Shown piece after piece: positions 38,564 through 48,049 of a stretch of DNA of 64,000 bases; position 1 is the first letter of the stretch, and each line of letters starts with the position of its first letter. The stretch comes from Chloroflexota bacterium (GTDB lineage: Bacteria; Chloroflexota; Anaerolineae; Promineifilales; Promineifilaceae). Where the stretch lies: assembly GCA_002746795.1 (NCBI GenBank), contig PDQY01000100.1, forward strand, positions 29 through 64,028, given 5' to 3'. A program made the translations under genes and the position numbers. The notes below the pieces were generated by a model. The model did not search any database. It was not told the DNA's origin and worked only from the letters and a program-made list of their open reading frames with translations.

Positions 38564-39878
38564 TAATTATTTCCTGATCAGTTATTGTTTGCACGGTGCC
38601 GTCGATGCTGGCATGGATAGGCGCCCCTAATGCCCCTTCTGGAATCTTGCCTACCATGTCACCGACTTTGACTTTATCGCCCACGGCGACAATGGGTTGA
38701 GCAGGCGCACCAATGTGTTGGCTGAGTTTGAGGGTGACGCGGGCAGGTTGGGGATTAACGGCCGTTAACGGAGCCAACACATCATACTTAATCAAGCCCA
38801 GTCGGTTGACCAGCCTCGTCATCGGCACCCGCCGGTAATCTCGGTACGGATTTGCTTCCGTCTGCCGGTGATACGGATTCTTCAAGCCCGCTTTCACCAG
38901 ATCCCGCTTAATTTGCAAAGCCACATCTCCAGGCAGCAAATGCACCGGACAGGCATAATTACAGGTGCGGCACTCGCAGCAGAGCATAGCTCCTGCCATT
39001 TGCGCATCTGTCAGCGGCACACCAGAGGCTAACAACAAGATCAATTTATGAGGTTCAATGGCATGACCCTGCGCGTGGCGCGGACAGTAATCAGTGCAGT
39101 AGTAACATTGGTCACAAGCCGCCAGCGCATGTTTGTCAATGATAGTGCGCGGCGTGCGTCGTTTAACACTCAGTTGATGGTCATAAGGCAGCACCAACAA
39201 CATCTTGGAGCGCTTAGTCGTCGCCTGGCTAAAATCAGTGACCACTTTACCCATCATTGCCCCGCCATCTAAAATGACCGGGTCTGGGGTCGTCACGCTG
39301 CCAGCTAAATCCAGCACTTCTCGGATAGTGATGCCGATGGGCACCCGCACAGACATAGGCTGCGCCACCGCCCCAATCACCGTGATGTATTTATGCGTAA
39401 GCGGTTTGCCTTCAACCGCTGCCTGGATGTTGTAGAGCGTCTCGATATTCTGCACCACACAACCCACATCGATAGGAATACCACCTTCAGGCACAATTCG
39501 ACCTAAAATATCATAAACCATCACTTGTTCATCACCAGCCGGGTAAAAATTGCCCAGTTCAGAGATGGTGATGTCGTCTTGGTCACCAATGGCTTCCTGC
39601 ACAGCAGCGATCACGTGCTTATACTTGCCTTTGATGCCAAAAATGCCTTGTTTGGCACCCGTTGCCTGCATTGCCAAGCGCATGCCAGCCACCACCTCTG
39701 CGGCATGATGGATCATCAACTGCTTGTCAACATGAGTCAGCGGTTCACATTCGGCACCATTGGCCAACACATATTCCGCTTGCGCTTGCAGCTTAACGTG
39801 CGTGGGGAAACCGGCACCACCAGCTCCGGTTACTCCTGCCTCTTTCACTGCATTAACAATATCTGCTGTTTTCTCCAC
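38550..39878 (-). CDS. pduS: cobalamin reductase PduS (RnfC/NuoF-like, 2x[4Fe-4S])
   Basis: GAGGAGFPTHVKL plus two ferredoxin motifs, CDQCYYCTDYCP and CCECRTCNYACP. Confidence 0.85.
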   Translation of the reverse strand: MEKTADIVNAVKEAGVTGAGGAGFPTHVKLQAQAEYVLANGAECEPLTHVDKQLMIHHAAEVVAGMRLAMQATGAKQGIFGIKGKYKHVIAAVQEAIGDQDDITISELGNFYPAGDEQVMVYDILGRIVPEGGIPIDVGCVVQNIETLYNIQAAVEGKPLTHKYITVIGAVAQPMSVRVPIGITIREVLDLAGSVTTPDPVILDGGAMMGKVVTDFSQATTKRSKMLLVLPYDHQLSVKRRTPRTIIDKHALAACDQCYYCTDYCPRHAQGHAIEPHKLILLLASGVPLTDAQMAGAMLCCECRTCNYACPVHLLPGDVALQIKRDLVKAGLKNPYHRQTEANPYRDYRRVPMTRLVNRLGLIKYDVLAPLTAVNPQPARVTLKLSQHIGAPAQPIVAVGDKVKVGDMVGKIPEGALGAPIHASIDGTVQTITDQEIIIEAN

Positions 39879-39934
39879 AATGATCTCCTGACGAAAAGGA
39901 ATAAAGATTAAGGATGAAAGAGTGACAATCTGAT

Positions 39935-39955
39935 GAATCTTGAATCTTAAGTCTT
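39935..39955 (+). repeat. tandem heptanucleotide repeat (GAATCTT GAATCTT AAGTCTT)
   Basis: Direct units in the pduP-pduS spacer. Confidence 0.7.
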
Positions 39956-39968
39956 CAACCTTTGTACC

Positions 39969-41396
39969 TTAGACTGCCGAAAACGCCCCAACCAAGGTAC
40001 AGCGCCGGATACGAGTGAACGTACGAGCCGTGGTCATGCCCTCGCCGGTGCGACCCGCAATAGTGAAACTGGTGTGACCTTCGCCGCCGAAACCAAGCCC
40101 GGCATAGGAGGGTGCATTTTTCACAAAAACAGTGGTGTTGACAGCACGGCCGTATTCACTCATGTGGTAAATGTTGGCGGAATGAATAATGGCGGAATGA
40201 TGTAAACCTGCTTCAACTTCAACGGCCGTTTCCACCCCTTCCTCAAAATCCCGCACCCGAACCACACCCAACACAGGCATCATCAACTCATGTCGCACAA
40301 AGGGATGATCCTTGTCTACCTCCACAATGATAGCCCGCATATTTTCGTCAGCAGCGATCCCCAGTTCAGCCAAAATCACACACGCATTTTTGCCTACATA
40401 CTTGCGATTTAGACCCGAACGCTTTTCATTAAGCACAACCTGTTCCAGCTGAGGCAGCATCGCAGGATCAAGAACATGGGCATTTTCAGCTTTGCGGAAA
40501 GCATTCATCAAGGCATCCGCAATACCAGCGGTGACAATGACCTCTTTTTCAGAAGTGCAAGGCATATTGTTATCAAAAGAGTGACCCAAAATAATATCAC
40601 GAGCCGCTTTTTCAGGATCAGCAGTATCGTCAACCAACACTGGCGGATTGCCAGCCGCAGCCCCAATAGCACGTTTACCACAAGACAGCGCCGCATCGAC
40701 AACGCCAGGTCCCCCTGTGGTGCAGATCAACGGAATCAGCGGATGATGCATCAACTCTTGTGCCACTTTGATAGTGGCCTCTTGTGCCGCTGTTAATAAA
40801 TTAGGGGGCCCCCCCGCGCTTTCAATGGCTTCGTTCAGCAAATCCATCGTCGTCAGAGAAGTCTTTTGGCTGGCGGGATGCGGGGCAAAAACCACAGCAT
40901 TTCCAGCCGCCACCATGCTGATGGCATTGTTGATAACAGTCGCTGTCGGATTGGTGACAGGGGTGATGGCGAGGATGACACCAAAGGGGGCACACTCTTC
41001 CAAGGTAAGGCCATCGTCACCCACATAAGCGTCATTTGGCAAAACTTCCACGCCTGGGGTTTTTTCAGCGACAAGCAAGTTCTTCAACACCTTGTCCGAA
41101 ACACGCCCCATGCCAGTTTCATCTGCCGCAAGCTGTGCCAAATTTTGCGCGTTTTCAATCGTGATTTCACGCATTGCTTGGATGATGGCTTTGCGCTGAG
41201 TCAGGCTCACACGCCGGAATTTCGCTAACGCCGCGTGCGCCGCCTGAACCGCCTCATCTGGCGTGGGAAAAACGCCACGATATTGGCTAGCTCGAGGCAT
41301 TTCACCCTGGCTGCCATTATTATTTACTTGATTTACTTGAGCCAACACTTGCTGAATGATGGCTTCAATTTGTGAGTCTTGAATCTGTACAGTCAT
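39969..41396 (-). CDS. pduP: CoA-acylating propionaldehyde dehydrogenase
   Basis: ALDH fold with catalytic-Cys segment NNMPCTSEKE. N-terminal amphipathic helix SQIEAIIQQVLAQV (encapsulation-peptide-like). Confidence 0.85.
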   Translation of the reverse strand: MTVQIQDSQIEAIIQQVLAQVNQVNNNGSQGEMPRASQYRGVFPTPDEAVQAAHAALAKFRRVSLTQRKAIIQAMREITIENAQNLAQLAADETGMGRVSDKVLKNLLVAEKTPGVEVLPNDAYVGDDGLTLEECAPFGVILAITPVTNPTATVINNAISMVAAGNAVVFAPHPASQKTSLTTMDLLNEAIESAGGPPNLLTAAQEATIKVAQELMHHPLIPLICTTGGPGVVDAALSCGKRAIGAAAGNPPVLVDDTADPEKAARDIILGHSFDNNMPCTSEKEVIVTAGIADALMNAFRKAENAHVLDPAMLPQLEQVVLNEKRSGLNRKYVGKNACVILAELGIAADENMRAIIVEVDKDHPFVRHELMMPVLGVVRVRDFEEGVETAVEVEAGLHHSAIIHSANIYHMSEYGRAVNTTVFVKNAPSYAGLGFGGEGHTSFTIAGRTGEGMTTARTFTRIRRCTLVGAFSAV

Positions 41397-41475
41397 GAGA
41401 TTCTCCTAAAACAAAAGATTGACAATTGAGATGACACCATCAAGCGTTCATCGTCAGTCTCCAATCATCGCTCAT

Positions 41476-42477
41476 TTAATATGCAGCTACCATCGCTTCC
41501 GCCACAGCCATATCTTGCTCTACCGAGCCGCCACTGACGCCAACAGCGCCCACAACTTTGCCATTTTTGTGTAGGGGGAACCCCCCGCCAATCAGAGTGA
41601 TTTTGGGCAAATTGACATCTATGCTGTAGAGAGATTCGCCAGGTTGAGCCGCTTTGGCCAATTCATGCGTGGCTAACCGTACCGTGGCTGCAGTGTAGGC
41701 TTTGTGGGGAGCCAGGGTAACGCTGACAATAAGGGCATTGTCCATGCGTCGAGATTCGATCACATCTCCGTTTTGGTCCACAACGGATAACACCATCGGG
41801 CAGCCAATGTCTTGTGCTTTTTTCATACCAGCTTCGACCATACGGTCGCAATCAGTGAGGGTAAGAGTCATGTCAGGTTCTCCTTGACCGCTTGGGTGAG
41901 AAACGGCCGTTTTCATCTCCAGCGGTAAATTGTCAACAATCGTCTGAATGAGGGTTCGCTGCTCGTCAATTCGAGCCAATACATACAACAAGTCAGACAA
42001 GCGGTTGATATATTTAATAAGGTTGGGATTAAGTGCCTCTTGCCGGTGCAACGAAACCAAACGCCGTTCAGCCCGTCGGAACACAGCCCGAGCCATATCC
42101 AGCATCGCTGATGCTTGCGAGCCACCCGGCCGTACAAACTGCCCCGTTTGGATCCATTCCTTATTGAAAAAATCAATAATTCCCTCCAGACGGGTAACTT
42201 GCTCCGGCTTCACTCGGGGCACTTCATATTTCAGGTCTTTTTGACCTTGGGCAAAGGCAACTTCAGCCATGATGGGAATCAATTCGCCCTGCAGATCAAT
42301 AATGTGGCGGCAGAGATCATCAAATTGAGTAGTGGCACGAGCCATCCCCAGCATAGACGTGCCTTCATCTATCGTGCCATAAGCCTCAATCTGGACATCA
42401 TCCTTATCGACGCGAACCCCACCAAGCAAAGAAGTTTGACCAGCGTCGCCACCGCGCGTATAAACCTTGCCACCCAT
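41476..42477 (-). CDS. pduO: ATP:cob(I)alamin adenosyltransferase PduO with C-terminal DUF336/GlcG-like domain
   Basis: YTRGGDAGQTSLLGG N-terminus. C-terminal heme-binding-like domain ...GGGFPL..NGKVVGAVGVSGG. Confidence 0.85.
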   Translation of the reverse strand: MGGKVYTRGGDAGQTSLLGGVRVDKDDVQIEAYGTIDEGTSMLGMARATTQFDDLCRHIIDLQGELIPIMAEVAFAQGQKDLKYEVPRVKPEQVTRLEGIIDFFNKEWIQTGQFVRPGGSQASAMLDMARAVFRRAERRLVSLHRQEALNPNLIKYINRLSDLLYVLARIDEQRTLIQTIVDNLPLEMKTAVSHPSGQGEPDMTLTLTDCDRMVEAGMKKAQDIGCPMVLSVVDQNGDVIESRRMDNALIVSVTLAPHKAYTAATVRLATHELAKAAQPGESLYSIDVNLPKITLIGGGFPLHKNGKVVGAVGVSGGSVEQDMAVAEAMVAAY

Positions 42478-42749
42478 CAGACCACATCCACTTCATCAAC
42501 AATGCCCACAATAGCCGCGTCAACTGGAGCATGACGATCAACCTTGCTCAGCACACGAGCGGCACCACCGCGTACCCAAATCACCGTATCACCCACACCG
42601 GCACCGAGCGTATCAACCGCCACTAACCGATCATCCTTGGCCTTTTCAGTTTGGGCATCAATTTCTTCAATGACCAGCAGTTTTAATCCGATGAGCGCTT
42701 CTTCTTTTTGGGTGGCAACCACGTTACCAATGACTTTCGCTAAACGCAT
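42477..42749 (-). CDS. pduN: BMC pentamer vertex protein (EutN/CcmL/PduN)
   Basis: MRLAKVIGNVVATQKEEALIGLKLLVI. 90 aa. TGATG junction with pduO. Confidence 0.85.
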   Translation of the reverse strand: MRLAKVIGNVVATQKEEALIGLKLLVIEEIDAQTEKAKDDRLVAVDTLGAGVGDTVIWVRGGAARVLSKVDRHAPVDAAIVGIVDEVDVV

Positions 42750-42758
42750 AATGTCACC

Positions 42759-43625
42759 TCAGTTTTCAAATAGCAGCATCAAGCTTTGCTTTCTGGCAAA
42801 ATCTTGCGCTAAGGGTGTTAGCCGGGTCTTGGCTGGTAGTTTCAAAGTTGTGCCCGGGAGGTAATTGAGTAAGTCAGATTTGGTGAGGACAGCATTCCCG
42901 GAAAGCGATAAAACAGGCAAAGATGGTGAGCTTGGAGGTTCGGATATATCAGTCTGCATCTGACGAATAACCTGGTTGACAAATCTCTCCTCTTCCACCA
43001 AATTAACGCCAAACTCAATGAGGGTGCCTAAATTATCTGCCATCTTTGCCCGTAATACGGGAGAACCAGCAAAATCTTCACTAAAAATCAGGCCGCCATT
43101 ACCATATGGATTAGCACCATCACATACCGCAATAACCGGTTTGTTTGCCAGCAACGCGCCCAATACCAGCGTAGAAAACAGCGAATCCATCAAGCCTAAA
43201 GCCAGGCGAGCAGCCGTGTTCATCGACAATGTCGGAACCAATACCAGGTCCGTTTCCCGCACTAACCCAGGTGTGTTGACCCACTGCAGCGGAGTAATGA
43301 TTTCCTTAGCCCCAGCTTGCTGCACATTCTCCTCTCCGATGACATGCCTGGCTGATGCTGTCATGAAAACGGTCAGATCATGATTTGCCTGGGTGAGCAT
43401 GCGGATAGTGTCCATGCCCACCACATAGCCTGTGCTGGCACCACTAAACAGCATCAAGACGCGCTGTTTTGGCACAGCCGCGATCATCTTCGCCTGCACC
43501 ACCCTCACTACCTTAGCTACAATTTCGTCAATGATTGCTTGTTCCACAATTTCTTCCTCTAGAGAGTGAAGATTAGAGACGGGCAATTGAGCAACTCTTG
43601 CGTCTCCAATCGCCAGATTTTTCAC
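42759..43625 (-). CDS. flavoprotein-family (PF02441-like) protein with N-terminal encapsulation-peptide-like helix
   Basis: GTG start in a GTGA overlap with the pduL stop. RVLMLFSGASTGY..., and DLVLVPTLSMNTAARLALGLMDS matches the flavoprotein P-x-T-x-N-T-x-A-K-x-A-x-G-x-x-D signature. N-terminal helix LEEEIVEQAIIDEIVAKVVRVV. Confidence 0.65.
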   Translation of the reverse strand: MKNLAIGDARVAQLPVSNLHSLEEEIVEQAIIDEIVAKVVRVVQAKMIAAVPKQRVLMLFSGASTGYVVGMDTIRMLTQANHDLTVFMTASARHVIGEENVQQAGAKEIITPLQWVNTPGLVRETDLVLVPTLSMNTAARLALGLMDSLFSTLVLGALLANKPVIAVCDGANPYGNGGLIFSEDFAGSPVLRAKMADNLGTLIEFGVNLVEEERFVNQVIRQMQTDISEPPSSPSLPVLSLSGNAVLTKSDLLNYLPGTTLKLPAKTRLTPLAQDFARKQSLMLLFEN

Positions 43626-44389
43626 TTCTTGGGCACAATAATGGTGCCAGTTTGGCCACTGCGCACTCCCACAGCATTACCTTCATCGGTGTCCAAATGC
43701 ACCTCGGTGAACCATCCAGCCTTCACCCGTACCAAAATGTCATGCAGCGTAGTGGGACGAGGGCCATCGATATGTAAATCAAGCAAGTCACCAGCTTCCA
43801 CTCCCAACTTGTCGGCCATCACATCACTCATATGAATATGACGCCGGGCAATGAAGGCGCCACCACCACCGTTGCCAGGGAGCGTCACCGCGCCCACAGG
43901 GCCCACGATTGTAATCGGTTGGCAAGCTGGGTCAGCGCCGTTGGTTGCAATGGGCAGCTTCATGCCAATGACCAGCGCATCAGTTTGCGAGAGTTCGACC
44001 TGCGAGTAGGGGCGTGTCGGCCCCAAAACACGTACTTTTTCGATGCAGCGTTTTCGACCCACCACCATCACTTGCTCACGAGCAGCGTAGTAACCTTTCT
44101 GATACAGCTCGTTGTAAACGCTTAGATCATGCCCTTTGCCAAACAAGATTTCGACATGTTCCTGGCAAAGATGGACGTGTCTAACAGAGACACCGATGGG
44201 GGTTTCCAATTCCAAATGGCCGTTTTTAGCCACAGGGACGGGCTCGCCATTGTCGGAAACATCTGCTGGCTGCATCTCAGCCAGACGCCGCATCACCTCT
44301 TGTGAGATGCGTTCCAGGTTGAACGCATTGCCATTTAGGTTTCGCGTAGATTGATTGGTAATCGTAGTCACAGATACCGTTCCTTTCAT
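43622..44389 (-). CDS. pduL: phosphate propanoyltransferase
   Basis: Duplicated PduL motifs VSVRHVHL and ARRHIHMS. N-terminal extension with LERISQEVMRRLAEM. Confidence 0.85.
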   Translation of the reverse strand: MKGTVSVTTITNQSTRNLNGNAFNLERISQEVMRRLAEMQPADVSDNGEPVPVAKNGHLELETPIGVSVRHVHLCQEHVEILFGKGHDLSVYNELYQKGYYAAREQVMVVGRKRCIEKVRVLGPTRPYSQVELSQTDALVIGMKLPIATNGADPACQPITIVGPVGAVTLPGNGGGGAFIARRHIHMSDVMADKLGVEAGDLLDLHIDGPRPTTLHDILVRVKAGWFTEVHLDTDEGNAVGVRSGQTGTIIVPKK

Positions 44390-44485
44390 TTTTAATGATA
44401 AAGTGCATCGAAGGCTGCGCCGGCTTTAGTCTGATTTTGCTTTCGACCAGTTTAGGCTGCACCTGGCTACTTTATCTTTGAGGTA

Positions 44486-44956
44486 TTACTCTTCAGCCTG
44501 ATTCCTATGAACAAAGCAGTATTGGGTGCCAGGTTGAGCAGGCAATTTGCACGGTTCGCCAGATTTGGTGATAGCAGCACACGGGGTTTTGTCTGCTGGA
44601 GCAGATTCTGGCTTATCTTCTGGAAGAGAAACGGCCGTTTCCATAGCAACCTTCTTCTCCTCTGACAAGCCACGTCCCCGATCCAAATTGCGGATCAGCG
44701 CATCAATTTCATCATGGGGACGAGGAATAACACGCTGTCCATACACCTGCCCAACACGGGCAGCAGCAGCCACACCAGCAGCCACACCAGCCTTCACCGC
44801 GCCCACATGGCCTGCCATTTTGACAGTAATCTTGCCCGCGCCCCTGGTATTTTCATACCCCAGAAGAACAATGTCAGCCGCTTTGACAGCCGCGTCAGCA
44901 GCCTCAATCGCACCGACTAAACCAATTGTTTCTATCAGTCCCAATGCTTTTTTCAT
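44486..44956 (-). CDS. BMC-H shell protein with Cys/His-containing C-terminal tail (PduK-like position)
   Basis: BMC domain ALGLIETIGLVGAIEAADAAVKAADI, then a 65-aa tail ending C-x9-C-x10-C-x2-H (PCAAITKSGEPCKLPAQPGTQYCFVH). 4-nt overlap with pduH. Confidence 0.75.
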   Translation of the reverse strand: MKKALGLIETIGLVGAIEAADAAVKAADIVLLGYENTRGAGKITVKMAGHVGAVKAGVAAGVAAAARVGQVYGQRVIPRPHDEIDALIRNLDRGRGLSEEKKVAMETAVSLPEDKPESAPADKTPCAAITKSGEPCKLPAQPGTQYCFVHRNQAEE

Positions 44957-45597
44957 TGGATACCTCTCTCTTGTAATTTCCGTATAACCATAGCCACAAT
45001 CTTTGCAACTTGCGCTGGATCCACAGTCAAATTAGGCGCCGCTTCCGCTGCCGGAGCGTCATCTCCCTGAGGAAGCTGATCCGGCACATCATCAACCAGA
45101 GTCTGATTTCCGCCAAAATTTTCACGCCGCTCAGACCGTATCTCACTCGCAAAAGGCCGCTTTTCGCCCGTGCCCGGGTCGCTCGGCTTAGTGGCCGACA
45201 GCAGCAAGGACGAGGTCTGTCCACTTTCAAACGGTTCTGGCTCATCATCAAAGCGGAACGGTTTGCGAATAATCATGCGAGCAGCATTGGCACCCATCAA
45301 TCGACACAAGTAGTCTGCCTGGCCAGCATATTGAAATATTATTACCGGCTTTTCTGGTGGCATATGCATCTCGTGCAGAACCACCTCTGATGCTGATACA
45401 CCCACCCCAATGTTAAATTTTGAACTTTTGGAGGCAGCATAAGCCAAAGCCACCACAGTATTAGCTCGTTCGCTAACCAATTGGCAAGGCACACCTTCCT
45501 CCTCAGCGCCGATCTCCACCCAGCGATACAGAGAGTCATCAGCACCGGGCAAAAGGGCAACGTGGATACACGGCCGTTCTTGGGCAAAGGGAGCCAT
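44953..45597 (-). CDS. pduH: diol dehydratase reactivase small subunit with ~100-aa C-terminal extension
   Basis: ERPCIHVALLPG...IGAEEEGVPCQLV core of about 115 aa, then a low-complexity linker and terminal helix DPAQVAKIVAMVIRKLQERG. Confidence 0.8.
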   Translation of the reverse strand: MAPFAQERPCIHVALLPGADDSLYRWVEIGAEEEGVPCQLVSERANTVVALAYAASKSSKFNIGVGVSASEVVLHEMHMPPEKPVIIFQYAGQADYLCRLMGANAARMIIRKPFRFDDEPEPFESGQTSSLLLSATKPSDPGTGEKRPFASEIRSERRENFGGNQTLVDDVPDQLPQGDDAPAAEAAPNLTVDPAQVAKIVAMVIRKLQERGIQ

Positions 45598-45599
45598 CT

Positions 45600-47444
45600 C
45601 TAACCTGCCTTCTGCCTTTCCATATAGCTCAATACCAGACCAGTCGCTACCGCATTGACCGTGCCCAGCTTGCCACGAATATTGGCTGCTCCCACCACCG
45701 TGCCAAACTCCGCCAGCTTATTCATCAACATTTGCGCCAACTCAAAATCCAGACCCGATCCGCCCACAATCGCCACAAACGCGATGTTGCGAATATTGCC
45801 CAAAGGCGCCACCGTCTTGAGCGCCCGCAAGCTGTTACGCAGAAAAACACGCCGTTTGGCCTCGCGCCGTACTGTCCGGATACGCTCCACCGTGTGTTCC
45901 GTGGGGACGGGAATGAGCCCCCCTTCCGTAACCAACGCCACCCGCCCAAACAAACGCGGATCTAAAGGATCATCAAAGAAGCGAACTGAGTTGTCTTCAT
46001 TGCGGATGTGGAACAAGCTCTCAACCTTCGCCAGCGGATAACGCTTAATTTGTTCCGCCACATCGACATTGGTGCCTGTAGGCAAATCCAGTTCCCGTTG
46101 AATGAGCAAGGAAACCATATTGCCTGCACCCGCCAGATGAATGCTTTGCACCTTTCTTTCTTTAGTCATTAACGCCGCATCGGTAGAACCAGCACCCAAA
46201 TCAAGGATGGCCAACGGGACATCAATGCCAGGTGTAGTCAGCGTTCCCAGGATAGCCATGTTGGCTTCCACACCACCCAGTTCCACACGCACGCCAATTT
46301 CCTGCGCCAGCGCCAGCGCCAGCCGCTCCATGAGCAGTTGATCTGTGTTGACCATGGCAGCCAAACCAACCGCGTTTTCCATCGAGAATTCGTGGGCAAG
46401 ACCGCCTGCAACCTGCTGCGGCACCAGGCAATCTACAGCCAAAATATCGCGGATTTTGACATCTTTGATAGGCTTCTCAGTGACATCGCTCATGGTTTGG
46501 CGCACACGCTCAACCATGCCGCCCACATTGGTTCCGGGTTCACCATTGACGTCTTGTAAACGCCCTACCTGGCTTAATCCATCCATGATGGCATCAGCAC
46601 CACCGTCAAGTTCGACAACGGCCGTTCTCGTGTCCCCAATCAGCTTCAACGTGCCCGCCGGAATATGCCGGGTCTGCACATCACCAGCCGGCGTGCGAAT
46701 AACCACAGCCGAACGCAGCCCGATCAACGCCTTAGCAATCGGAATCACCATCTGCGTCTCCTGAGGCGTCAGGTCAAAAAGCGTGGCAATGCCATAAGGA
46801 TTACACAATTGGCGAATCACTTGCCCATGCTCACCCACCTCAACGGCCGCCAGCATGTTCAATGGCACCTGCTCAATCAGGCCAACCTCATCCACAAACG
46901 GAATGATCTTAGGCAAACGGTTAGCGATGAGCACACCATCATCAGACTGCACAATGCCACCCTGCACATCCACCCCCGCCTCCAAGGCTCGTTTCAGCAG
47001 CGAAGCCGCTACCGCAAAATCATAACCTTTGGGGATAACAACAATCACCGGTTCGCCCCGTTTCACCGAAACCAAGTGGTCGATGTGGGTCGTCATGCCC
47101 ACACCAATCCCCATGCCGCCTGGTGAACCAGGATTGTGACCGATCATCGTAGATTCCGTGATGATGGTTTCCGTGATAGTTTCCATGGCAATATCACCGA
47201 TCACTGGCGTGGCTTCATTCAGCAAAACCAAGTCAATGTCGCTGATATTGATGCCCGCATCTTCAGCCGCATGTCGCAAGGCCAGTTTCATCCCAGGAAT
47301 ATTGCTTAGGGTGCCTTTGATACCAGTCGTCGGCACCCGGCTGGCACCTAAAAACCTGGGCGGGCTGTAAGCATTACTGATTTGAGCAATGGCAACTTCT
47401 GTGGTGGAATTACCCACATCAATGCCGGCAATCATACTAGTCAC
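45600..47444 (-). CDS. pduG: diol dehydratase reactivase large subunit
   Basis: IAGIDVGNSTTEVAIA actin-like N-terminus. 614 aa, collinear with DdrA/PduG. Confidence 0.9.
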   Translation of the reverse strand: MTSMIAGIDVGNSTTEVAIAQISNAYSPPRFLGASRVPTTGIKGTLSNIPGMKLALRHAAEDAGINISDIDLVLLNEATPVIGDIAMETITETIITESTMIGHNPGSPGGMGIGVGMTTHIDHLVSVKRGEPVIVVIPKGYDFAVAASLLKRALEAGVDVQGGIVQSDDGVLIANRLPKIIPFVDEVGLIEQVPLNMLAAVEVGEHGQVIRQLCNPYGIATLFDLTPQETQMVIPIAKALIGLRSAVVIRTPAGDVQTRHIPAGTLKLIGDTRTAVVELDGGADAIMDGLSQVGRLQDVNGEPGTNVGGMVERVRQTMSDVTEKPIKDVKIRDILAVDCLVPQQVAGGLAHEFSMENAVGLAAMVNTDQLLMERLALALAQEIGVRVELGGVEANMAILGTLTTPGIDVPLAILDLGAGSTDAALMTKERKVQSIHLAGAGNMVSLLIQRELDLPTGTNVDVAEQIKRYPLAKVESLFHIRNEDNSVRFFDDPLDPRLFGRVALVTEGGLIPVPTEHTVERIRTVRREAKRRVFLRNSLRALKTVAPLGNIRNIAFVAIVGGSGLDFELAQMLMNKLAEFGTVVGAANIRGKLGTVNAVATGLVLSYMERQKAG

Positions 47445-47468
47445 GATCTTTTTCCACTTTTCCAGTAA

Positions 47469-47496
47469 CCGGTATTCGGCAATCGGTAATCGGCAA
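47469..47496 (+). repeat. tandem heptanucleotide repeat (CCGGTAT TCGGCAA TCGGTAA TCGGCAA)
   Basis: Four direct units in the pduE-pduG spacer. Confidence 0.65.
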
Positions 47497-47531
47497 ACGG
47501 ATCACTAATTACCGATCGCTGATTACCAAAC

Positions 47532-48038
47532 TTACTTCAAAACATCACGGGCCTCGTACACGTCGGCTGCTTCACGAACAAAGTTGGCGCATACTTTGGC
47601 TCCGTATTCGGTTTCCAGCTCATCAGCGATGGCTAATAGTTCTGCTTTAGTCGAACGGTTGGGTCGCAGAGCATTATACATTTCCAAAACGCGGGCGTCG
47701 GGAACATTGGTCAATTCACCAGCGCGGCGCATATTGTTCGCCAACTGCGGCCGGGAGATACTGTCAGCAATTTGAGCCTGATAATCCAGAGTCTGCGGCG
47801 TGATGCGAATTTCTTCAGCTTTGACCTCGCCAGACATGACAGCATCCAGGGTGATATCATTCAGGCTTTTACCAGTAGCTGTTTTCACCAGTTCTGGCCG
47901 CTTTTCAGACAGCGGATAATCAGTTTTGTAGCTCAAAGTGTTTCCGCTTGCCGCTGGGGCAGGCGTATGCTCATTCCCACCATTCAACTCCGAGAGAACC
48001 TCTTTCACGATTGCAGCAATCATATCTTGTTGTGACAT
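47532..48038 (-). CDS. pduE: diol dehydratase small (gamma) subunit
   Basis: 168 aa with SGEVKAEEIRITPQTLDYQAQIA. N-terminal helix QQDMIAAIVKEVLSEL. Confidence 0.85.
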   Translation of the reverse strand: MSQQDMIAAIVKEVLSELNGGNEHTPAPAASGNTLSYKTDYPLSEKRPELVKTATGKSLNDITLDAVMSGEVKAEEIRITPQTLDYQAQIADSISRPQLANNMRRAGELTNVPDARVLEMYNALRPNRSTKAELLAIADELETEYGAKVCANFVREAADVYEARDVLK

Positions 48039-48049
48039 CTTTATTCTCC

